Assembly: GCA_002269645.1 (NCBI GenBank) | Contig: NIVC01005081.1 | Span: 1-26,804, forward strand | Length of the DNA: 26,804 nucleotides | Direction: 5' to 3' | From: Macrostomum lignano | Lineage: Eukaryota | In this document: positions 1 through 10,303 of the stretch, piece after piece | Layout: the number at the start of each line of letters is the position of its first letter | How positions within the stretch are numbered: the first letter of the stretch is position 1 | The notes under the pieces: generated by a model | Told to the model about the DNA's origin: nothing | What the model saw: only the letters and a program-made list of their open reading frames with translations | Database searches by the model: none | Program-made: the position numbers and the translations under genes

Positions 1-2018
1 ATCGATCAACAAAGTCATAAAATTATAACAGATATAACAAATCCTGGCACTAAATCAAAATCGTACGCAGCTGATTTCAGTACAAATTGCGGTAATCCGA
101 ATTTTCATTTTTTGCAAGTTAGTTCCCGTTTTACAAGCGCAGGCATACGTGTTCCAAGCATATTTATTGTATTAGTTACACTGTGCTACATAAATTATTT
201 ATTAAATGTTGCTATCCGTAGGTTTCAGAGCCTCGCAGTTAAACCTTACAATTTACAAACGCAGATTTAACCCCTCTGACGATAAATTGCTGTGCCGTGA
301 ATTTTTTGTCCGCTTTCTTGCGCTCGTTATCTCACGTTTTTTAGTAAGCAGTCTTATTCATTTTGTGTGCAGGCTTTGAGCAAAAAACCACTAAGCAATA
401 TTTTTTCTGTATTTTCGATGTTTCCGTTGTCGAAGGTAAGAATCGTTATAAGCAGACGAAATTTATTAGAGTTCAGCTGATAAAATTTCACCAAGGTTTT
501 CGCATGTTAAAGACACCACTGGATAAAATCAGTAGATTGAATTTGTAGGTTTCCCTGTTTATTTGTGCGACGTTTTCAGTGTTTTAAATATATAAATATA
601 TGATATATATTTAAACATCATCTATGTTTATATGTGTACAAAAAGACACAAAAAGCACAAAAGTTTGTTTGAATTTGCATGTTTGTTTGTTTTCATCTGA
701 TAATATAGAATCGTTACAAAAAACAGGCAGCAGTATTTTACTATGCCTCGTTATAGAGCGTATGCATGCACACTCCTGGGCTATTATAACTATAGAAGTC
801 AAGCGGGTTTTAAATGAATCGGCATGGGCAAATGTAAAGTCAACTTTAGTCAAGCGAAAGAAGGCTAGAAAGAAGAATCCACGTCGGACAAGTGAGAGGA
901 GCTGATGGTCTGTGTGGATAGACAATTCGTTGAGGATTATTGTCAGTCACGCAGGGCAAACACGGACTGCTCTGTACTATACAGGTGAGGAGAGAGAGAT
1001 GAGATGGATAGACAGACGAGACGCTCCAGGATGATGAGCTAGAAGTCTAGTGCTGTGGCTAAGATGGAAAAGAAAATGACGATTTTGATTAGGAAGAAAA
1101 AGAGGAGAGAAGGTAGCCCGAGCATTAGCACGGCTTGTTAGCCACGTGTGCGCAGTGTGGAGCAGGGAAGTGAAATGGATAGTCAAACTTACTGAACAAA
1201 TTTGCATCCGTCTATCGAAACGCCTCCCTTTTCGTCCGACTGTCTGTCTGCCCTGTCTGTCTCTGCGCCTCTACCCCCCAGAATGCTGCTCCCTCGGCCT
1301 AGACGAATGCTGGGACTATCGATCTTGACTGTGGACTGAGTGGATGCGGGGTGTTGCGGGTTTGCCGGTTCACCCCTGGCTTGAATAGGATGGTGGATGC
1401 AGAGAGCGCGCCTAAGTGCGTCTCAGATTCGGACAAGCTGAGAGTAAGAGAAGGAGGGGCCAGCGGAATCGGAAGAATTTCTGAGCCGAATTCTCTCCCA
1501 ATGTGCCAAGCTCGCTTTCCAATAGACTCTCGCAGGTTTGACCAAATCGTAAATTGGATTTTCAGCCAGCTCGTGCTATAGGAATTGAGTCGGTATGGAT
1601 TCCGTGTATATTACTGCTCGGCTCTAGTAAGGAAACTTGAGCCAACGACTTGAAGAAATCTACTAGCCCTGACAGACGAGTGGGCTCAATCATTTTCTAG
1701 TTAAGAGTATGAAAAATTTAAGAATTAAAGCTATAGTAGGAAAGATGCTTGAGAAGCTGTCCGAATGAGGAATCTAGAGGGACGTGCTTTTGACGAGGAA
1801 AAGCGAGTAACTACACTTGGAACTTCTACTTACCGAAAGCAGCAATGGCAATGTAAAATTACCTTCGTTTACAGCACGATTTTGTATGCAAGTGTAGAAT
1901 CTGCAGATGGACGCAAATACGAACTAAGGGTCGCGGTGTGGGGTGGGCGCCTTTATTAGTAATTTCTTTATAGTTCATCTGCACTTGTCTGTGTCTTCTC
2001 TGTTTTGTCTCCAGCTCC

Positions 2019-2240
2019 GTCCAGTTCAGTCTTGTTATTTTTATCTCTCTCCCTCGCTGCCTTCTGATTGGCTCTTCAATCTCGCCTCTTCTCAGTCGCG
2101 CGCTTCACCCCTTCGTCTCTGTTTCTCTCCCCCCTCTGTCCAATTCAGTCTTGTTATTCTTATCTCTCTCCCTCGCTGCCTTCTGATTGGCTCTTCCATC
2201 TCGCCTCTTTCCTTAGTCGCGCACTGCACCCCTCCTTTTC
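2019..2240. repeat. Imperfect tandem duplication, ~119-bp period, pyrimidine-rich
   Basis: GTCCA(G/A)TTCAGTCTTGTTATT..CTGATTGGCTCTTC..TCTCGCCTCTT starts at 2019 and again at 2138. Confidence 0.85.
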
Positions 2241-2815
2241 TTATCTGTACTCAGCCCCGCCAACCCCCTTAGGTTAATGACACATTGTGAATATATCCGT
2301 TAGTTTATCTTATTTTCCTTAAGAAAAATTTCCTTATTCTCTTTACATATAGAAATGAAAAGTGCAAACATCTCATTTTACACTTTCAGAATGCCAAATA
2401 TGAATATTTGTTTTGTAAAAATGCATCCTGAAAGTTTCAACTTCCAGTAAATCATTTCCAAGAAATAATTTTCAAATTCAAGTCGATAACCAGTGGCCCA
2501 CTGCATGCCAAAAACTTTATATTTTTTCAATTAAAAGTAACAGCTGCTTTGATATAGGCAGTTTTTTCTATTCGCAGTATTTTGAAAGCAGCGGAAATAA
2601 ATTTCTTTGCTTCAAAATATTTTTTAATTAGCAGTCTGTAGGCTTCGCTGTACTTTTTAAATCAAGTAACATCTGAATCTATAGGTTGCTACTTATACTG
2701 TTTTTAAGACGGAGGAAAATATTATTTAACACAAGCGGATTCTATAGATTGATAAGCTAATTCTCGAACCGAAATCAACAAAAATCCTATAGAAGATAAG
2801 CAAATCTTTAATCTT

Positions 2816-3203
2816 TTACTCTTCTTTAGCCTCCGACTCAGCTGCCGGCTTGTCCCCTACTTCAGCTTCCATCGCTGGCTCTCCATCAGCCGCAGCCTCC
2901 TCCTCTGCTTCATCATCAGTGTCAGCATACTCTGATTCTTCGGCCCTCGGCTCGCCAAAATCAGCCGGAAGTCGAAGGCGCATCCGCAATGTGGCAATCG
3001 ACATCGACGGCAAGGCCGCAGTTGCCGACCAGGAGTTGCCCCAGATCGACTGCTTACCGCGGCAGCCCGACAGCCGGACCAGACCTTGGACGGCCTCCCG
3101 ACAATCGTCGGCCTCGTCCAGGCGGCGGCACTCGATGCGCCAATAGTCGGCGCCGTCGATGGTGTCAGCCGTCCGAGCAGGAGCCTGGAGGCCCGCTACG
3201 AAT
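2816..3203 (-). CDS. Gene A (unknown ~520-aa protein), terminal exon 4
   Basis: Acceptor CTACAG|A at 3204/3203, phase 2, matches the donor at 3942 (AG+A = Arg). GC-rich open frame ending in an acidic tail (EEEAAADGE..KEE) and TAA at 2818-2816. Confidence 0.75.
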
Positions 3204-3941
3204 CTGTAGTGGGATCGGCAGTTGGCGGTGTTGCAGCTGTTCAGAATAAGCAACGTCTTTGGCGATCGAGATATCGTCCCAGGCAACACATGCAATTCTG
3301 CTCATTCCGCTGACTACTGAGCACATACTCGACTCACACACACGCTCACACAAGGTGTACAGTGGCCCTGACATTCTAAACGTCAGGCATGTACACTCTC
3401 TGGCCCTAGAGGTTGGCCCTCATGGCTGTAAATCGCACGACAACCAACCCTCTGACCAATTTTCGTGCACAAGTCCCAATTGAATGTGGAGACGCCACGG
3501 AATCGAACCACACGAGAGGTCGTGTGGAGCGAGAGTCGAATAAGATTCAGTAAAAAACTAATAAAACGGGACCGATCCAAAGACAGACTGGTTTTAGAGG
3601 CTTGGAAGGGAGCGAGGAAGGCCGAGGATAGCCACCCTACATGACTGGGTTGTTTTGTCGCTCTTCGAACTACATACCTGCTGTGTACAGTCTAAGTACC
3701 TATACTGTGTGCCCTCTAACTTGAAGTTCAATAGAAGTTGAAGTGAACTGGATTGTACTGTTATGCTGTACGTGACTTCTGGGGGCATGATGGTTCAACG
3801 CTCTTTTAAGCACTTAAAGATTCTTACACTGATATTTGCTGGGGTAACTCTGTCAAGCATATCTAGCTCTTCAGCCACTACTCCACGACAGCAAAAAGAC
3901 ACCAACTATTGAATACAAAGAAAGCAAAGAAAACAACCGAC

Positions 3942-4357
3942 CTGGCCTTCCGTCGAACCATGACTCGTTCAAGTCCGGGCCTGGCCGAGTAGCCGAATTC
4001 GCCCAGACTCAGTCCCGGCACGAGCAACACGCCGGCGAACCGTCCAGCGCAGCTGTCGTTGCTCACTGCGCCGCCGCCATTGTCGCTACTGGTTGCCAGC
4101 AACGGCACCGACACCAGTTGGCCCGACGACAGAATCTGCGCTAGTCTCGCCTGGGCAGCCGCCACCTCCGCTAGCCGTTCCGGCGATCGAAACGCCTCCT
4201 CGTTGATGCAGCCTTTGGCTAGGCGCAGTGCCCGATCCTTTAGCGCGGCTCCTTCCGTCATCAGTTCGCCCTCGGCGTCGACACCATCTACAACTTTGTG
4301 CCAACCGTCGGCCAAAACGCGAAGCTGCGGCTGGCGCTCATCCAAATAGTCGAGCAC
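3942..4357 (-). CDS. Gene A exon 3
   Basis: Acceptor TTTAAACAG|GTG at 4358/4357, phase 0. Donor AG|GTCGGT at 3942/3941, phase 2. 416 nt open (VLDYLDERQPQ..VRRKA). Confidence 0.75.
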
Positions 4358-4460
4358 CTGTTTAAATATTCATCTAGATCTGTTCAAACTAAACCACAGG
4401 AGCAAGACACTATATTGGCAGGCAACGTTGCAGTGATTTCGCAATGTGATGCAAACTAAC

Positions 4461-4634
4461 CTGCCAAGCGGCCAGCTCCTGATCCAGCTCGGAGGTGGCC
4501 ACCGCCCGCAGCAGCTTGTCGAAGTCCTCGCTGACCGCCAGCCGATAGTCGGTGCAGCAGAATTGCCGGAAACGGGCAATGGCCAGGGCCGGACGAAGAC
4601 TGGCCGGCGGTCGACGACGAGCAAGGGCCCACAC
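4461..4634 (-). CDS. Gene A exon 2
   Basis: Acceptor CCGCAG|GTG at 4635/4634 and donor CAG|GTTAGT at 4461/4460. 174 nt, phase 0/0 (VWALARR..ELAAWQ). Confidence 0.75.
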
Positions 4635-4683
4635 CTGCGGATGTCGGTGGCAGCTTATGAAGAGATTCTTAAGAAACAGAGTG

Positions 4684-5150
4684 GTTCTCATGAAATGGAG
4701 AGATTCTCATGAAACGGAGAGATTCTCATGAAACAGAGAGATTCTCATGAAACGGAGAGATTCTCATGAAACTGTGAGATTCTCATGAAACTATGAGATT
4801 CTCATGAAACGGAGAGATTCTCATGAAACGGTGAGATTCTCATGAAACTGAGAGATTCTCACGAAACGGAGAGATTCTCATGAAACGGTGAGATTCTCAC
4901 GAAACAAAGAGATTCTCACGAAACGGAGGGATTCTCATGAAACGGTGAGATTCTCATGAAACTGAGAGATTCTCACGAAACGGAGAGATTCTCATGAAAC
5001 GGTGAGATTCTCACGAAACAAAGAGATTCTCACGAAACGGAGGATTCTCATGAAACGGTGAGATTCTCATGAAACTGAGAGATTCTCACGAAACGGAGAG
5101 ATTCTCATGAAACGGAGAGATTCTCACGACACGGAGGATTCTCATGGAAC
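4684..5150. repeat. Intronic minisatellite, ~19-bp unit GAGATTCTCATGAAACGGA (~24 copies)
   Basis: Direct tandem units with CAT/CAC variants and no unique spacers. Confidence 0.95.
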
Positions 5151-5534
5151 GGCGAGTTAGTTCCTAGGCAAGTATAAAGGTCTCGAACACGAAATTTGGT
5201 GGAAATGCATCAACGAGCCGAAATGTTTTTTTTAATATTGCTGCAATTACTGTGTCGTATTGCAAAGGGAATTCTGTGCATTCATATTATTTTGATTTGG
5301 ACGTCTAAAAAAGAAAAAATCAAACAAAATCCAGAAAATATTTATCCAAACTGCCACCCCAAGAATACTTTCAGCGCAAACAATTTCAATGTGGGTTCCG
5401 ATCTCTGTAGAAAAAACATCAAATAAAAAATATGCCATCCTCATGCAGCAAATAATTTGAAACAATTCGAGTCAAGACAAGTAACTAACTAACTAACTAA
5501 CTAAATAACTAAAAAGCTGACCCATACTCCGCAC

Positions 5535-6119
5535 CTGCGCAGCGGGCAACTCTCCATCCTGATGGTGCAGAGCCACATGCGGCAGCCCCACCAGTCCCAT
5601 GTCCCGGGCCCGTCGGCAACTCCCGAAGACGTGCACCACAACTCCTCGATTGGCCAGACGCCTCAGGAAGCCGGCCTCTGCCAGGCTGTCGGGAGCGCAG
5701 TCCAGGTACACCAGCACCAGGCGACAGGCTGTCGTTTCACCCGAGGCTGCAGCTGCTTCAGAAGACGCCGAAGCGGCCTCCTGGTGCGCCAGGGTGTCCC
5801 GCACGGCTTCCTGCAACTCGGCAAGGCTCAATTCCGAGCCGTCGTGGGCCACCGCGTGCCAGTCGATGCCGCCAGCCGGTACTCCGCATCCGTTGACGTC
5901 GACCTCTTCGGCCTCTTCATCTTCATAGTCATCCTCGTCGGCATTATCTCCGGCGGCTGTGCTGGAGGCGGAACAGCAGCTAACGGCGCCGCTCAGCCGA
6001 GTGGCGTGCCAGCTGAGCACAGACACGAGAGCCTGGTATGGCACCTTGCCTGATCGGCGATCGCACGGCACCACCAGAATATGATGCTGAGCCATTTCAG
6101 ACTCGTCCTGCGACTGCAT
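5535..6119 (-). CDS. Gene A first identified coding exon
   Basis: ATG at 6119, two nt after acceptor CTACCAG| (6122/6121). 585 nt open to donor CAG|GTGCGG (5535/5534), phase 0. Ala/Glu-rich. The ATG may not be the true start. Confidence 0.7.
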
Positions 6120-6682
6120 GCCTGGTAGTTTTGTGCTACAAGTAGGCGAAGCTAAATAATGAATCCCTATGTAAGAATACTTTTTCGGTAGTCAAGGCAA
6201 AATTGGTGAGGGGCCTTCGTTTCTTTTAAAACAGAGAGTGATATAGTGGCAGTAGCTGACCCACCCTATTCTCAGTCTTAGTGCTGTCTCTTAGTCTGCA
6301 TTGCCTGCTCCGTTTGAAATGAATTTACGAGTATGGCTACAGACAGGCAGAAAACATTTGAGACTGAGCAGTGCTCACTTGCTGGGTCACCTGCTATCGC
6401 CTCTCCCGCGAGCAACTGTTCACACGAATCTCGTCCACTCGTCCGTTGCAAAGTTTTTTTTATTCTTCTGTGTGAGTGAAATACAAGCTTCACCTTCAAT
6501 TCTCGCTCCTAAAGCTGTTGTTAGTTCTGGCTTCTTAGAGAGACAGACAGAGAAAAATAGACACGCAGGGAGCGATGCAAGTACACCATTACTGTCTAAT
6601 TTAACTGAATTTGGATGATGGAAATACGCAGTTGGTCTACGCTGTTCTATGGAGGTTTTTGTTTTGTTTTCAACCTGTACAA

Positions 6683-7157
<475 letters not shown>

Positions 7158-8063
7158 CAAAACATTGGAAAACCAATGCATTATCTATCTAGCTGCATTA
7201 ATTTTTCTGTGTTACATGCGGGTGAACTGATGCCGACAGACAACACATAGCAGGAAGTTAAAGTGCTTGATCAGCTATTTGCGTCAGCTGAGGGCATTGA
7301 ATTGATAAAACGTGTTCAGAATCTGCCTCCCGCCTGATTTATGACCCAGGCGTCCTGCAGCCGGGACAAATTCACTTCTAGCTGTGCATAAAAACTGTTA
7401 GAAAGATAGAGAATATGCTGTCATAAAAGCTATAAAAGATGGAGAGCACTGGAGCTGTAATAGTGCTCAAACCTTTCAGGCAAACCAGCGCAGTTTATTA
7501 CCTCCCCACGTTTATTAACTCTCTAAGTTTGTTAAGTTCAAGTAGGCCAACAAATTTCCTGAATGAAGAACCTCTGCTCCGTCTTCATCATTGATTTTCA
7601 ACTGCATGCTTCCTCAACTCTGAGCTACTAACTATAACTTTTCTCGGTCAAGGACTTTCAGCGAGACAATATAGCAGTCTGGATTTTAAGCTTGATCAAC
7701 GCCACTGCAAACCCAACATATTAGTTTATCCGATCCAGATACTAAATTTATAGAAGTCCACGAAGCGTCGCAGTCCCTGACACCCCCAGCCCGATGGAGA
7801 CAGATTCTTGACAGCTTGGAATTCAACATGCAGGCTCGTGTCTCCCCCCTTTTTTCTCAATTTTCCCTATTCTATTTTTATCCTGGCTTCGCGATTTCTC
7901 ACACGTCCGGGACTTTCCCGGATGCATAGGATCTGTACGCAATGTTTAACCTCTCCCGGCTTTTCCCGGGACACGCCGCCTCTCGAACCATGTCCTATTT
8001 CTTTCTTGAAGCAAAGAAACTCTCCCCAAAGAGCTGTAGCTCAACGTCACATGCAGGCTCTCG

Positions 8064-8067
<4 letters not shown>

Positions 8068-8136
<69 letters not shown>
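8068..8136. repeat. (TC)n microsatellite at the 5' junction of the PLE
   Basis: Direct reading; followed by TTTCAG. Confidence 0.97.
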
Positions 8137-8139
<3 letters not shown>

Positions 8140-8310
8140 AGCATCCAGCAGAGTCGAATGCAGAGTAGAAGAGAAAGGGGAAGAGAGGAAGAAGGTCGGG
8201 GAGCTGCTACCCAACCTCTTCCCCTCGTATCTGACTGCCATCCTAAATGCGTGGGCGGTCCTCGATTAGAGGCAAGGCAGAATTTACTGGCCAAGGAGGC
8301 CGCGAAGCCG

Positions 8311-8856
8311 GGCATCTCAGCAACTCCTCCCCCAGTGAGCCATGGCATCTCAGCAACTCCTCCCCCAGTGAGCCATGGCATCTCAGCAACTTCTCCCCCA
8401 GTGAGCCATGGCATCTCAGCAACTCCTCCCCCAGTGAGCCTTTGGCATCTCAGCAACTCCTCCCCAGTGAGCCATGGCATCTCAGCAACTCCTCCCCCAG
8501 TGAGCCATGGCATCTCAGCAACTCCTCCCCCAGTGAGCCTTTGGCATCTCAGCAACTCCTCCCCCAGTGAGCCATGGCATCTCAGCAACTCCTCCCCCAG
8601 TGAGCCATGGCATCTCAGCAACTCCTCCCCCAGTGAGCCATGGCATCTCAGCAACTCCTCCCCAGTGAGCCATGGCATCTCAGCAACTCCTCCCCCAGTG
8701 AGCCATGGCATCTCAGCAACTCCTCCCCCAGTGAGCCTTTGGCATCTCAGCAACTCCTCCCCCAGTGAGCCATGGCATCTCAGCAACTCCTCCCCCAGTG
8801 AGCCATGGCATCTCAGCAACTCCTCCCCCAGTGAGCCATGGCATCTCAGCAACTCC
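8311..8856. repeat. 33-bp minisatellite GGCATCTCAGCAACTCCTCCCCCAGTGAGCCAT in pseudo-LTR copy 1 (~16.5 units)
   Basis: Tandem units with 32-bp (four C) and 34-bp (CCTTTGG) variants. Confidence 0.97.
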
Positions 8857-9630
8857 AGATTCTTGCGATTAAGATCTCCTTGGATGGCAATTCGGGGACT
8901 AGGCTTGGGGAAGATGGGTGGCTCATACCCATCCCTATGGACTGAGTATGGGGGGCGGACAGACCTACCTGAGGCTCAAAGAAAAATTCACCTATTCGGA
9001 AGCCCTGTACAGGCTGGGCAGAGGCCGATGGGGAACAGAATTTAGGATGGGAAGAAATGAATTCGGGAGGGAAAATTGAAAGCACGAAGCAGAAAGAGAA
9101 TTTGAGTTCCACAATCTGAGCGCTTTCGCTAATGGATTTTGGCAAGATTGCTCAGCTTCTTTTATTCAAATTATTCAATAGAAGGTTTACTTTAACAGAT
9201 TATTAAATAGAATAACGGAGCCACTTTTTGCTAGAGAAATCAGCTCCTTTAAAAATGATTGATGCATAAATATATAGGGGCACATGGCTACATCATGCTA
9301 CTTATAGTAGTACTGTCTTTAACTGTACTCAAACAAAAGTTGGCAAGAAATTAACTACATATTAATAATACATACATACTAGCAATTATTACTCATTAAT
9401 TAATACCTGTACCTATAAAACAACACCAATAAAACAAATTTTTACTAAAATGAAGCGATTAAGCTAGTGTTTGTGAGCCGCATAAATAAGCTATAGTTAA
9501 TAATGATTAATTGTATGTATGAGAAACGTGATATAGGGTTAGTCATAGACAGTTAAATCCGCCATCAGTCATTAGCAGAATCCGAGCCAATTATACATCT
9601 ATTTGCCGTCGCTGGTTTTTCGGTTTTTAG

Positions 9631-10303
9631 CAAAGGCATTGACAGCTCCCCAGCGGCTTCTGAGCTTGTTCAGGTGGGTGACGGAGATTCGATTCTCTGG
9701 ATCGATGTTCAGGCTGCGAGTGTCCTCCACGGGGTAGGCTTTGAAGAAACCCCTGCAACAGCGGGAGTTGATAGATCGCCACCATCGCCGGACTCTGAAG
9801 ACTCCCCTGGTGGTCCGGAACGCCACAGGCCGCATCTGAATGACTCACCCAGCACCTTTGAGCAACCTGTTTCGCTCATCATCAGCAGGGACTGCCGGAA
9901 CCTTGTACTCTGCCCAAAGCCTTTCGAGGGCCTCAAACTGCCGGCAATCACAGAGGTACATGAGTACTCACTGTCAGCCTTACCATCTCTACTGAGGTCG
10001 GCTGCCCTGCGGAACCGGCAATGCGCTCAGTCAACGGTGCTGGTCCTGCCGGACGAGCTGCTCAGCACAGACCACTGGCGAGAGTTGCTCTCTGAGGCTA
10101 TCGATCTACTCAGAGCGGACAGTCTGACACGTAAGATCCTTCTGGTTCCGTCCTTTGCCAGCGGTGAAGAATTGACTCAATCTCTGAGTAAGAAACTCTC
10201 ACCTGTTACTCTTATTGCCTCTCCTCCTCTTAAACCAATTGTATCCTTCTCAGCGCCGGACTTTATACTGGCGCTGGCTTCCTGGCTGAGAACTTTAAAC
10301 TAG
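9631..10303 (+). CDS. PLE ORF1 (ATG-less open frame, probably a spliced 3' exon; possible degenerate SGNH-like alpha/beta protein)
   Basis: Frame is open from 9557 to TAG at 10301-10303 and contains no Met (the track start is GTG). Candidate acceptor TTTTTAG| at 9630. Ends in TTTAAAC TAG. Confidence 0.65.
10294..10300 (+). other. Candidate -1 programmed ribosomal frameshift slippery site U UUA AAC
   Basis: X XXY YYZ heptamer correctly phased in ORF1 (codons TTA 10295, AAC 10298), directly before the ORF1 stop. The -1 frame is the RT frame. Confidence 0.7.

Larger units (their letters stand above)
8068..9776 (+). repeat. PLE upstream pseudo-LTR copy (5'-truncated at a (TC)n tract)
   Basis: Matches 13000-14802 from (TC)nTTTCAGCA(T/C)CCAGCAGAG through GGGAGTTGATAGAT. 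Sequence upstream of the TC tract is unrelated to copy 2. Confidence 0.95.

Noticed and set aside
2850-6053. Plus-strand ORFs overlapping gene A exons (and similar ones over 18621-20555)
   Set aside because: Antisense shadows of GC-rich minus-strand exons. Splice signals and phase continuity support the minus strand.
7909-7918. Exact NF-kB consensus GGGACTTTCC
   Set aside because: A single 10-mer inside a CCGGGA..TCCCGG dyad with no promoter context; likely coincidental.
8311-8856. CRISPR-like appearance of the 33-bp array and the other minisatellites
   Set aside because: Units are directly adjacent with no unique spacers, there are no cas genes, and the DNA is eukaryotic.
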